The translations under genes and the position numbers were made by a program. Below the pieces are notes generated by a model. It was not told where the DNA came from. It did no database searches and saw only the letters and a program-made list of their open reading frames with translations. This document shows, one piece after another, positions 35,701-49,544 of a DNA stretch of 64,000 nt. How positions within the stretch are numbered: the first letter of the stretch is position 1; each line of letters starts with the position of its first letter. Source of the DNA: Bispira polyomma (taxonomy: Eukaryota); the NCBI GenBank assembly GCA_965649765.1, contig OZ287761.1:15624001-15688000 (forward strand), given 5' to 3'.

Positions 35701-38700
35701 GCCCTCCCATTGATATCTAATTAATTATTCATTAGGCATTGTAACTTTTCTCCACCCCCCCCAAAATAACATTAATCCAGCTACTACAGAAATACCCCCC
35801 TCCCGAAATTTGGGTCACGTGACCACAGCCCTATCCGGTTTGGCTCTTGTTAATCCGATGTTATGTAAATTAATAAAGTATTCACGTGATATTTTATGGA
35901 TGCACTTGATTTGAAATCATCCAGAGTGGGCTAGGTACTATGCTGCACTTGATTTAAATTAATGAAGTAATCCACAAGAGATATGTTACGTTTATATCAT
36001 TGAAATGTTTCTGTGTTATGTTCAGGGCCATTCTTATATAACTAAATTAGGTCCAATAAATACTTACTTTATAATATTATGTGCCAAAAAAAAAAATAAA
36101 TAAAAACCCTGGGGAATTCAAAAATGGACATTCTAGTTCTATTGTCAAATTTAACTTACGTCTATACAACAGATACCAGAAATTCTAAAATATCTCAGTT
36201 TTTTTTCCCCTTTAAAATGATAAAACTTCATCATACAAGAATGTCTTGAGTGTTTTGTTAAATCTTTTAAATACGTAGATAAAGCTGTCAATCAAATCAG
36301 GGGGTAGGATAACAATTGGGGTAGGGGTTTAACATACAAATACATGTACCTATACATGTATACACATACAAGAGAAGTTGGTCTCAAGTGGTATAAACAC
36401 AGCCTACGTGAGTTGGGATGACGTCATTCTACTACTCTCATTTCAAGGTTTTTGTCAATGGAAAAGTTACGTGCAATAATGTCTCCCAGGTTATAGAAAA
36501 AATTTTTATAATTTTTTTTTTTTTTTTTTTTAGGTGTATTTCAAATTTGTGTCTTGTTTTTTTATTTTTTTTTTAATTATTTGTAAACTTAGTATTATGA
36601 CTCATTTTGGGTTTTCAGATTTATATATACAAAACTCCTACATTTTCCCTGTGTTCTAAAAACCTTCTTTTTTCTTAGAATAATAAGTACGTCAGTTTAT
36701 CAGATAACACATGTTGAATAATACAGTAGTATTTTAAGATCATCGTTTAAATTACAAAAATTTCTAGTTATTATAAGTTAATTACAAAATGGATCAATGG
36801 GGTGGTGTTGCATTAAATATATTTTAGTTATTATATCCAGACGAAAATATACATATATGATAATTTAAGTTTATGAATTTTGAAAAGTTAATAATGAAAT
36901 GTCTTTCCACTTAATACATTTTTAACTGACAAACTACGTAAACAAGTCTTTTCAAATACTAACTGTGGCTAAGAAACAATAAATCCCCGAGTTAGAAAAT
37001 AGATTTTCTCTGTTGAAAACCTGTAGGAATGCAAATTGAACAAATTAAAATCACTCATCACTGCGTCATAATACAAACAATGCCCCCCCCCCCCTTTTCC
37101 CGTCTTCTGACGCATGCGCAGAATGTGTGTGTAAATAAATCACTGCACATAGTTAACAAGGGTGCCCATTAAACCTCTCACCCCACCCCACCCCACACCC
37201 CTCTCAATGGAGTTTATCTGGGGAGTGGTAACCAGTGGATCACACTGGGGACATTAAAAGAAAGAGGTTAGTGGGTGTTTAGGGGCCAATTAAGCAATAA
37301 TGTTTTCATCTTGGTAAGGTTTGTGCAGAGATAAAAGAAATCCAGCCCAGTCTTTAAACAGCAGGATACAAGTGTATATATATACCCGGCTTAATGTTTG
37401 TGTGTCATTTCTAATAGTTAAGTGAACAAAAGTAAGGTCACTTTAAAATAATTTAAAAAGTTTAGCACCATTGTCAGCCCTATGTCAGCATGGAATGATA
37501 TATTGTAGACTTAAAACAGATGTATTTGTCCTGAGTTGGAAAGTATCCATAAAAAATGTTATAATAAACTCGTTATAAGTACAAGTCATTAAAAAGTTTA
37601 GTCACAATTGCCCCATATTAGTATGGAATAATACAGTATAGACTTAAAACAGATGTATTTGTCCTCAGTTGAAAAAGTTTCTATAAAATAAGTTATAATA
37701 AACTCGTTATCAGTAAAAGTCATAACAGAACCATCTAGATCAGTTCTATAATATGATGGGTATCCATAGAGTCAAACTGGTGGCTTTGAAAATGTGAGAG
37801 AATAGAAATTTTTAAAATACACATATTTAGGCTTAAGTCCACTAGTGCTAGGTGTATATATGTAACACTGTTTACTCTAGTTTTATTGTAATTTCCATGT
37901 GTACTGTGTCACAATAATAGATGAATAAATAAATACAACATTGTTATTGTTGTCCTAAACACGTGTATATAGAGACCTAACAACGTGAACATTCAGAGCA
38001 ACCTGAAGAAACTATAGCTTTTGGCACCAGCAGTCTTGTCTTTTGATAAAATAAAATATAAAATTTGATAAAAGTTATTATGGTGATATAGTATATACAC
38101 ACACACACACACAAAAAAAAAAAAAAATGCATGTTATACATTGACAATGTAGTACCCAGCCCTAATGGGCTTATTAGTCACTAATAATCTTATTAAAATG
38201 GTAGTTTAACAATAACTTATTACACCAATTTGCAACCTTCTTTGATGACACATCATTTTTGGGGCTTTTGTTGTAAATTTTCCTTTTGTTCAAAATATAA
38301 CACGGACAGCTGTCTTTATTTGTCACTTTTTATGTATATATAATAACATGTTATCAATCTTACTCTCATATCGAGAGATAAACACACCCATATATTTGTT
38401 ATATATGTATACAGGTCAACACTTTATGCACTTGAGCTATAAGTATATTTTGATGGAGAAGGACGTTCTGGTGGTTTGTGCAATTAATAGAATTAACAGG
38501 AGCTTATCATTTATTAATACAGACCTTAAAACTGACATTATCGCCCATTGTTAGGTCACGTGGTGGGGAGTCTTCCAGAAAATCGGGCGTACTGCTGACA
38601 TTTGGGAAACCAATTTGGAAGAAGAAGCAAAAACAATCTGGCCTGAATAGCAGCCTTCCGCCTGGCTGGTTTTCATAATGACAATATTGTTTAATTACAG

Positions 38701-40876
38701 GAGTCAGATCTGGAGGTTCTGTTTTTTTTTGTGGGAGATTGTATGGAACAAGTTTGGATAGAGAGATAGTGTTGTTAGAGAAGAGGAGTGTATATATATT
38801 TAATCACACGCAAATTTCCTTTGAAATTACTCAGCAGCAGACGAAAATTGATGGACAACATTCTAAATGTCAAACTTCCCCCAAAAGTTTTTTTTTTTAC
38901 TAGTATCAAAACATGCAGGCAGCGAGAAGGATGGTTTTTGTTTCTTGTAAACATCTTTCTATGTTTTCATTGTGTAAAGTGTTTCCCTTTGTTTAAGCAC
39001 ATTGAAGAGCGAAGACTAATTCATTCTATTATAATTGAAGGAGGATGGGTTTTTTTTTTCTCGACAAAACACGTCATCGCAATATAAGTGTCCACTTCTC
39101 AATTTGTGCAAAACACGGAAGTCTACAAATTATGAAAATCAAGGAGTTTAAGTTCACATCAAATCTAGATGTTATATGGTATTGTTACAGCTTATTTCGC
39201 AGAACAAAATTTTTATGTTATTTTACAAGCAATCAAAAATTATCTACTATCCCAATTACAGTATTTTTGTGGTTATAGGTAATATGCCTTACTTGAAATA
39301 TGTATAATTTCTTATGAGTTCTTAGCAACATTCGATAAAGCTTATTTTTTTGGGCATGAACTTTATACACAGCAACTTTCTTTTATTCTGAAGGCGACGC
39401 CATAAAGTTTGCTGTGGAGACGAAGCTGAAGTAAATGTATAGCTTTTTAAAATTCTCTACAAATTGGATTTCAAATGTCAGGCTGAAGTGAATGTTCATA
39501 AAACACATATATCAAAAACCCATTACTCATTGTTTGGAGGAGGGGGGAAGTGGTGGTGTGATTTGGGATATATCAAAACTTTCTCTGCTGAAACCTAATG
39601 TCTGTAAATAACTTTTGTAATCCCCCTTTATCGTATTTCTGTATTAATCTGACTGTTCTAATTGACTAAATAATGTTTGGGTTACCTCCCTGTCTCATAT
39701 TTAACATCCATCATGATATATATATATATACATGAATATATGTCAGTCCTTTCCTGGAGGTATATGTCAATGGGTCACAAGGAAAGAAGTTAGGATGTTC
39801 ACCAAAGCCACTGTTATAACACTAATCACTGGTGATGACTAATCTATTCTTGTATTCTTTTACTGATGCATCTTTAGTGGTTCGATGTTTCCATACTCAG
39901 GACCTGGCTGATAATACAATTACACTGGCAATTATATAAACCTGCGCCCCCCCCCCCCCCCCTCAAGAATATTTACAATATCTAAAACCTTTAACACCAA
40001 CACAAGCTGATAACAGTACATTTTTGCAGCAAATTCTTATCTCAAATGACACACTTTACTCAGATTATTTAATATACTGTGGATTCATCCATGTACTTCT
40101 TCTAAACACTAAGGTGGGATAGAACATAAGACTTTATTTATGTGGTCAACATAAATCAACTTATAATTTGGGAACAATTATGACAAATTTAAAACTAGTA
40201 GCAATTAGCTAGTAATTCAAACCACCACATAACACACGGCACACACAATCTGGAACTTAAAAACAAAAACACCATCAACAGTGTCATGAACGAAACCATG
40301 CCTTTTTCAGAGCAATGGAATTTAAAATATTAGTTGCAAGTACAGCAGAAACAGGCATTTCACTGCCAATAACATCTTGCTTCAATGCGAAAACAATGTC
40401 ATAAAGATGGTAGTTTAAACAATCCAAGACCAATATTTGTCATTGCAAGTCATCAGAGCATGAGGTCACTTCCGTCTAAAGAAACTAAGTAATCAATTGG
40501 TTGACTGAAAATGATTCCAGATGATATCATGACCTGTTCTGCATTCGATGGTAGCCAGATATACCCACTATTTAAAAGAAAAGACAATGTGATCAATAAT
40601 ATGTTACAACATATGGTTATATTTTCAGTTCATGACGTGGAAAGTAATGTTTCAGTTTGGAGGCACAAACCTTAAATTCACACCACACACAAACCACCAA
40701 CAGTAAAACCAGCCACTTCTGGTCAATTCAGCAAAAATTCTGCACACATTTATGTATTTTTTTAAATTTTGTACAGGGTGAAGGATTTTGGGACAAGAGG
40801 CAGCACCACATACACACACATTCCACAAATAATGGAACTCACTGCACGTCTAGCTACAGATTTGAGCATATCTTGC

Positions 40877-41054
40877 CTGACGTGAGCATATCTAAAAGCC
40901 CATTGCCTTGTTCAGTAACTTTGTCTGGATATTGGCTCATTCTGGTGTTGATGTCTCCTGGGTGTTGTTCCTTGCACATCCTTTCTACAAAATCTGGGGG
41001 GTATGGGGGTAGAGTTCTTAGGGTCGGGGGTGGGGGTGGGTTACATACATTCAT
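40877..41054 (-). CDS. Candidate first coding exon of a long NR4A isoform (GC donor)
   Basis: ORF MNVCNPPPPPTLRTLPPYPPDFVERMCKEQHPG...LDMLTS ends TCA G|gcaaga, phase 1, matching the phase-1 acceptor at 31738; CArG box about 310 bp upstream. Confidence 0.5.
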
Positions 41055-41365
41055 TTGGGAGTGGGTGGGTAATCTTGTGTAATTATTTACTTATAATCTT
41101 TGCTGCTGGTATATTGCATACTAATTTTTGTCCTGCAGTAGCAAAATGGTCAATGGAACTGTGGGTATACAGGACTATTTCGGAAAGAGGGACAGATTTT
41201 AGGGTTTATAGGATTGCAATGATAAGAAAGCAGAAAGAAATGTCATTACATCTGCATAGATGAAAGAAGAGAGGTGCAGAATCAGAGATTATAGGAAAGT
41301 TTGTGGTGTACAGAGATTTAGAGGCTGGATCTGTGAATCAAAGCAAAATAGCAAAGGTTGTATTA

Positions 41366-41375
41366 CCATATTTGG
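41366..41375. promoter_or_regulatory. CArG box / serum response element
   Basis: CCATATTTGG is a perfect CC(A/T)6GG, upstream (minus strand) of the candidate exon 41054-40877. Confidence 0.4.
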
Positions 41376-41734
41376 TTAATGTGTTAAAATAACAAAGACG
41401 TGCAGTCGCAAGTGTGATATATCAGCCTGGTTTTGCAAAAATACCTATGCAAAAGCATCAATTTGATTGAATAAGGACTATATTACAGTATATATATATT
41501 TCCCCCGTTACTTTAATGACATATACAACACTCAATAGGCAATTGATCATGAAATGCCAAACCACTTTTATAAAGTTTCCAATTATATTAGACATCTAAC
41601 AAGTGTGTCTGAAAGTTTTACATACAACAAGGGTGGGTGGGTGTGTGTGCACCAACCCAGGACATCTTAGTGTGAAATCTTCTCAAGGGATTCAGACGTT
41701 CAACCCACCTTTCAATGTGAGATATAATATACTG

Positions 41735-41932
41735 AGGCTGTATTCACAAAATGTATTACACTTAACTGAACTCTTTAGATTTTACCGAAAATGGCAAGAT
41801 TTTGGTTCCAGTGACAGTAAAAATAGATAATTCATTAGTGTTAACAGACTATCAGTGGACAGCCCTAAATATTTAAGACCCAAAGGCTAAACTTAAAACT
41901 AAGTTACCACTACCATATTTTGTGAATATGGC
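41735..41932. mobile_element. Degenerate PIF/Harbinger-like MITE
   Basis: GGCTGTATTCACAAAATG ... TATTTTGTGAATATGGCT inverted ends, similar to the 57714 element. Confidence 0.5.
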
Positions 41933-43568
41933 TTTTGAGTTACAACTAACAGTAGCAAGCCTCTTAAGCAATTTTGTCCATTTACCGCATAGCCTTACAT
42001 TATTTGTACAGTTACTATAATTCTGATTTGATTAGCATTGCAATTACATGAGTTGGAAATTTATTCCAAAATTAAACTCCATAAGCCTTATAGAACCAAA
42101 TTTTAATGTAATTTCTTTAGAAAGCCTCAGAACCAAATTTAAAGGTGCATTTTTAGCAAGTTTAAGATGTATCTTAAACACAAGAACCGTGGCAACTGGT
42201 ACACTTCAACCAGATGTCAGTTCCTTTAAGCCATGATTTATGATGATACACGTGTTTTAATGGTTATTTTGTCTTTTCACTTACACTGGGGAAGGGGGTG
42301 ATTGAGGGTGGGTGTGTGATGATATTCTCTCATGTATTCAGATATAAAGTGAGAGGTAGAGAAAGGAGTTTCCCCTTTATACCAGTGGTGAAATACACCC
42401 CACCTCCCCCCTGCATTTACAAGCTACCCTAGTTGACCTTACTCAGAGAGGTACCTCATTAAAGTGAATATTTATCTTGTTAGAAAACCTTTTTACTTTA
42501 TCTATTATTTTAATATGTGGCCTTCTTAATATTATCTACTTATTGTAATAAATTTCCTGAACTACATTTAAAAGCTGAAGGATCCTGAAGTTCATTTTAA
42601 CCATTATCGTCTTTCCTGTTTATTGATTTTGACATGTTCAACAAACCTAAAATACTAATCGACTAGGAAATATACTTTTAAAATTTGCAATTTGGCCTTG
42701 CAAAGTACTTGATAAGTGATTTTTGGGGTTCATAAAATAATACATACTTATATAACGTAATCGAAATCCCATACTTATCAAATATTGTAAATATGAAACA
42801 TTTCATATATATCTATTACTATAAATATAATTTTCCCATGAACATAATTAGGTTTCCATGAGTATTTAATCATTTTTAAGAACATTTTTCTAGCACAAGT
42901 AGGTCTCACTTGTTCCACTCCCACAAACTACAGAAGTTCTCATGGAGCATTAGCTGATTTGTCTCATGTAAAAATGGGCCATAAATTAGTTTTAAAATGA
43001 AAACATCAAGAAAACAATATGAGTTGAAATTACAAGCAGTGGGTTTTCTCAAGGTCCATCTGTTCTCAGATAACTAAAGTTAAAACCTTAAGTTAAAACT
43101 CACAAATGTTTATATCATTCTATATTGCTTAGCATGTAAAATAAAAATAATAATAAAAATTCATACATTTTATACATCATATTTATTTATTTATTTTTTT
43201 TTTTTTTTTTGTGGAAATGTGGCAGTGCAATAATTTTTTTCTTGTTTAAAAAACAAAAAACAAATATAAGTTATTGTAAGTTTTAGAATGCCGAGCCTCA
43301 TTCGAAGCCTCGGATTTTCACACATACAACAAATTCTTATCAAGTAATATCCCCTTATAGTACTTGACAAACACATACACACATCATTCTACTAAAGTTT
43401 TAATATTTCTCAGGGATTTTATGGCCATCATTTTCTGTTTGGGACTGTGAGAGATTCTTGCATATTTATTAACCATTAATTACACTGTGTCATCAAGAAT
43501 TCCATAATTTCCAACGCCTTAATATCCTATAAATATAGTAGAGCAAATTAATATCAGTATTTTGAGCA

Positions 43569-43970
43569 GGGACCGTGGTTATAACTTACAAGCATCTGTT
43601 TTAATAGCACCAGCCTCTCACACCTCTGAAGACTGTGGGATCGAGTCCCACTACTTCCTTCATGTGGGAATGTTTACCAGGTCTTGTAAGGTTGTTGGTT
43701 TCCAAGTACAAATCATACCTGGTTCCTCTACCAATAAATCTTGCTGTCACAATATGACCAAAGATTTTTTTAAAATTTCTTTTGATATTTTAATGTTGCT
43801 ATCAACACATTGTATGGGTCATATAATGACAGGCAATTTGTATTTCCGGAGTAAAGCAGTGTGTATTACTAGTTGTTAAAGATTCTGCACTGTAAACCAG
43901 CGACCACCGACCAGTAACTGCCAACTTTCCCAATTAAAGCCCTGGCAGAGATTCGAATCGGTACCTTAAA
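43569..43970. mobile_element. Two tail-to-tail SINE copies (+ strand about 43569-43760, - strand about 43780-43970)
   Basis: GGGATCGAGTCCC B-box-like site on +; GATTCGAATC and a SINE body on -, also shared with about 31040-31160. Confidence 0.5.
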
Positions 43971-45066
43971 AGCTGTTGAAAGTCAAAATCTAAATTCAAA
44001 CACTGAGTGACTTGTCTTTCTCATCTGATAATTTTCGAGGGGGAGGGCAAGGGGTATGTGACTTTGTGATTAAATTTAATGACTCTTTTGTCAAAGAAAA
44101 AAAAACCACACACACAAATGACACTAAGAAATAAGATATCTCTGCTTGGGCACAAGTATCTGGTCTGTTAGGTTGTATTGTCAAATTGTTGACATTAATG
44201 TGTTGTGTTTTGGCTAGTTACAACAACAAATAGAATGAAGCCGATAATTAGCTGTCAATTAAATTGTAAAGTGAAATTTCACACATCAAATTGCCAATAA
44301 TTTAATTAGAATCTGGTTGGGAATTTGATATTTTTTTTTCTTTAATTTTTTTTTTTTATGGATATGATATTGTTTCAACATCTGGAGTTTTGATGTGTGT
44401 GTAAATTAATATCTTGGACACGTCATTTAAATGTTTTTAAATTTAATCTGGCACAAATCCGCATTGATATTCTAGACCTATAATTTCCAGAACATATAGC
44501 AGTATATAGGTCAGTGGCTTTATAGTACAAAATAGTATTGGCTCCCTCTACATTCCTCATCACATTATGAGCCAAAGATAGTGAAAGTTACATAAAATCA
44601 AAATAAATCACATTATGACCCAACGATAGTAAAAGTTACACAAAATCCAAATCAATTCAAATTGAAGTTTTAGCAAGGTCTTTGATCACAAAGCCAAATG
44701 TTCAGAGAAAACTGTCTCTGTGCACCCAATTTTGCACCCTCACCATTGGGCAAGGATATACCCAATAAATCTCAAACAATTTGGTGTGTAAACTTAAACT
44801 CAACACCAGAACTTAAGGCCTTTGAATGATAAAAAATAATCTGAGTACTAGTTTAATGTTTTATATATATATATATATACCCATTCTCTTAAATCAGCAC
44901 TGTACATTGGTGTAAGTATAATAAAGTTGACATAGGGACATCTTAGATTGATCTATTTCATATTAAGTGTCCCAAACACAATTACAAGTGTCTAATGGGC
45001 CGGTCCCACCAGATTTACGTTAAGATGTGTAAGTCACGCATGGCCTTGTAAAATATTTAATGCAAA

Positions 45067-45543
45067 ACGTCATGCAGAACTCAAAATTAGCGATTTTCTC
45101 CACGTTGAAGGGGTCAACAGATGTTGAATTTCATGTATTAGTACGTCAAAAGCTGTAAAGTCTCGCAGAGGATGCATAAGTTCACAGCCAAGCACGTATT
45201 TGAACCCCCGTATGACGTGTATGAGTACGCCATTACACGTTAAAGGCCGTCATTTGTGACGTTTAAGTACATTTGACTACTTTAACTCACGTCATTCATG
45301 CATTGTGACGCACATAGCCATTACACTAGGCGAACTGTCGCAATGCTCATGCTAAAATTCACCTTTAAGTACGTCAAATTTTGCAGCTTTTGCGTGTCCA
45401 AATTTCAAACGGTTTGAAATTATTAATTTCTTGCATGTTATCTCTCACGCCAGGTTATGCATGCTTATGTATATTACGTCAGCTCCCGCAAATACCACGC
45501 AAAACCGACGCAAATTAATTTTCAAACGGCTCCTAACGTGACG
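45067..45543. promoter_or_regulatory. Dense cluster of CRE/ATF half-sites in a CpG-rich island (candidate CREB-responsive NR4A promoter/enhancer)
   Basis: About 10 CGTCA/TGACG sites at about 45067, 45142, 45213, 45248, 45257, 45288, 45306, 45370, 45474 and 45539; local CpG enrichment; NR4A genes are established CREB-induced immediate-early genes. Confidence 0.7.
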
Positions 45544-48500
45544 GCCGGTGGGACCAGGACATAACAAGAGGGATGGGTATCTATTACAGTTGTTATATTC
45601 GTGTGCCAAGCTATTTTGTTTTAATACCCAGCATTTAGACAATTTTCCACTTTTGTCCTGTTCAGAGCTTCCCGTCTGTGAACTGATTTATTCTATGGAC
45701 CAAACCCTGTACTCTCCTTGTGATTGATACTATGCAACTTAAAGTCATTATTATATAGAATCTAAAGGGACATCACACACTGTCAATTAATACCATTGTC
45801 AGTGCATCTAGGGAAAGGTGTTTAATATCTGTTTTATTATCTGTTGAAAATAATAATATTTAGAAATAATTCAAGTTGCTGCATTCTAATTCTAAGCTCA
45901 CTTTAAAAAGGCATAGGATTTAAGGATTTTTCTCTGGTACGATACAAAATGTACTCCAGAATTAATACCTGGTATTTCTGAATTCCTTCATTGTCGATCT
46001 ATTATACTAAATTAAAGATAAAGTAAGAGAGTAGTGTAATTTTAGGCCCTTTTGTTCACAGTCTGCACTGTTTTTTCAATACAAAAAAAAGACAACAATT
46101 CAATCAACAGAACTAGAGCATCTTCATGGCTTAAGCCCAAACTAAGCAGGCCAGAGAACTATAGTGTCTTTAATCTGACATCAAAACAGTTGACTTTAAT
46201 CCCAAAGAAGCATCATCCTCTGCAATACCTTCCCATAACATGACCACCTGTTCATTTTAGTGCAGATTTCATTGCATTAACGTGAAACCCAACATTTTCC
46301 TTAATTTCTTACAACACAGGGACACTAAGACCAGAAAGCTATATTTTAGGCAGGGTTAGGGCCGATGTAATAGAAATAATAGAAAAGTGATGGATTTTCT
46401 AAAATTTTAAAGTAAAAGTAATAGATTTCAAAATTTAAAATGTAATAGTAATAGATTGCAAAGTAATAGATTTTATCCATTATTTTTCTATTACTTTCTT
46501 TTACTGTCATTGTTTCATTATAAAATATATTTTATTAGGCTCTTGCATTGTCACACTGTATGAATAAAAAATTTGTAAGATTTCCACACACAACACCGAG
46601 ATTTGAAGGATATTTAAATAAATCCTTTTCAACAACCTCATTGACAAGGGACATTTGCTATATTTTGATTCGCCTTTTTAAATTTTTTTTCATGTCAAAA
46701 ATCTCAATCATTTATGCACCTAACATTTTTAGGTACAAAAATGATAACTTAAAAACATTAATGTTATACTTTTTGCTAAATATTTTTTGCCATTATAAAG
46801 TAACTGATACCAAAAACATTAATATTGTAGTTTGTGTTAAATACTGGTTGCCATTATAAAGTAACTGATACCAAAGATTTTGTCATATTTTACAGTGTCA
46901 AATAATTTTTTTAAACCACAAAACAAGCAAGATATTGTGACTCAATTGAAATGAGTTTAAGCAGAATATTTCCGCCCATATGGTTTAACTCTCACTTGTT
47001 CTAATTTCAGACAGCCAACAAGATGCTATCATCAGGATAATCTGAGATGCCATGCCACAAGCTCATTGTATTCATAATCATTAGAAAAATATGATGTTTT
47101 TGACAGCTTACCAAAGATCTGGTGTCATCACTTTGCACTTGAGATACAATGATAACCATATATCTGATTTCCTGGTCTTATTCTTTCCATCCCTGCCACT
47201 TATTGTGTCGAAACTTTCATCATGTGCAATAACTTGAATCTATCTGTTCAATATACCCTTCATACTGAAGTTATAACTTGTCACTGCTACATGTTTCTTT
47301 GTTTTTGAACATATGTATACCAAATGTTTCATTGGCCATTTTACACACCTTTCTTCTTTTTGTATGGAAACAACGAATGAAATAGACTCTTTAAGGTTAA
47401 TAACTGTAATATATTCCTCCTATTATTGGTATTCATTGTCTGTTGTAAATCTTTGATTAAAAACTTTAACAAAGCAAATAATCTATATCTAAGGTCCCTG
47501 TAGTATGAACGACAATTGTGTATTGCTTGAGATCTCATTGTTTGAGAAATTCACCCAAAGTAATAAATATTTAGTTTGTATCTTGCATAATATCGTATCT
47601 GTCCATTTTTTATATTATTACAGTTTCACTTTTGTTTTTGACAGAAATCACAAGTTTCTAACTCTTTGTTACTGTTACCTGTCTTTAACATTTACGACAA
47701 TACTGTATTGCTTTCAGAGCCATTGTTGGATTGTTGAATTTATAACAAGTTTAACTATTTAGTTACCATCTTGCATAATATGGTATCTGTCCAAGTGGAT
47801 ATATTATTACAGTTTAATATGCACCGTTTCACTTTTTATTTTTTTTATCAATCCCAATTTTCTTACTCTTTTTCTCTGTGTGCCTGTCTCAATAGTCAAT
47901 TTATTTCACATTCCTATTTTCAAATAGCATATAACTGCAACTATATTACAATTTGTAAAAAAAAATTAAAAGTTCCTTTTTAACTAGGCAGTGAGGACTA
48001 GCTATGTAGTTGAAAAAGCCCCTAACCCTTTTATATATGATGAGCATCTTGCCCACAAACCTTTGGAGATTAGCGTGATATTTTACATGATATTTACCTG
48101 CGAAGCAAACTATGCTATCAAACACTGTTTGGGACATTTAAACTACATTAAATTGCCGGCCAGTAATTGTTTTAGTAAACTTTTAGAAAATAGGGACTGG
48201 GCTCAATTGACATTATGCTGCCAGCTAATAGGGGGTAGTTGTGCGGGGTTACAGAACATCTCCAAATGGCAGGGTGACATTTCATAATAGCAGGGACACA
48301 GTTTTCCAGTTTGCTTCATTTTTCTTTTGTGTTATGTATACAATACAGCAGCAGTACGCAGTTGTGGATAGGAGAATGATACACACCAAAAATACAGATT
48401 GTCCTAATATTAAAGTATCCAGATGAAAACCTCTTATTGGCAATTGTCTTAAACCATCCAATGCAACTTTACCAAGTTTTGCATATTTTGGGGTGAAACA

Positions 48501-49544
48501 CATTAAGTTCTTAAACCCTGTTTTATAACTGCATAATGGCTTTGAATTCATTAAAAAAAAAAGAAAGATTTGTTTGTCAATATAAATTTACTTTGAGTTT
48601 CAGTACCGACTTCTCCACAATTCTGTGGGTTTTTTTTCCGGTTAGTATCCGTATAGCTGCTGTTTAGCCGCGCTGTTTCTGACGGCCTTAGCCTAATGTG
48701 GCCTTTCTGCCTGAAAAGTTAATTATATCAACACTTATAGGTTAGAACCCTGCACTGACTTTTATATGAAATGTTAAACCTGCAATTCTCGAGATTGGCA
48801 TTTGATTTCATGAAGAAAATAAATTAGCAAGGCATGGGTTGCTCTTGATGTAATTGTAAGGTATAAAGTTTCATATATTCACATCGAGACTCTGCTTGTG
48901 CTTCTGAAATAAGCAGGTTTGTACAGGAATATATAAGTAAAAATAGCGGTTTTAAAAATGATCAGGGTCGTACAGGGGCCAAAGTAAAACTACCGGTTTT
49001 CAAAATAATCATGGTTGTACAGGGTAAAAACACAGGTTTTGCGGACGACTGCAGAGACTTTAGTATAAGCCAATTTAGCATTTCGAGTGTTGAATAAATA
49101 TAATATATATTGGGGATAAATAATAGCACGTGTAAGCGATAATGACGGAGTGTGTCCAAATCTCAAAAAATAACGGCAAAATTTCCCTCCACTTCAGATT
49201 TCAAAATAATTAATATAAAGCACTAATGTTGTCAATCTTGGTATCTACAGAAAGGTTTGGATGAGAACTTCGCGATTATAAGTTATAAGTATTGATTTTA
49301 GTAGCAACACAAGAGTACTAAATACAGTGCAAACCTCCACCCATGGGATACAAAATTGGAAACACTCTGTGCTCTCAAAAACGGCCATCTGATAGCATAT
49401 AAACAAGTGGGTGAATAGATTAGTTGACAAAAAGGTATAAATACTCATAAGGGTACTCGATAAGTCATCAGTATTTATTAAGCTTTATCTAAATCTGCAC
49501 AAGATGTAATAGTTTGTTCTTGAGACCATGCCTCGGAATAGAAG

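Noticed and set aside
46350-49200. Possible hAT-like transposon remnants (GTAATAG repeats, CAGGG ends) and several short ORFs
   Set aside because: Could not pair TIRs or find a TSD or transposase motif.
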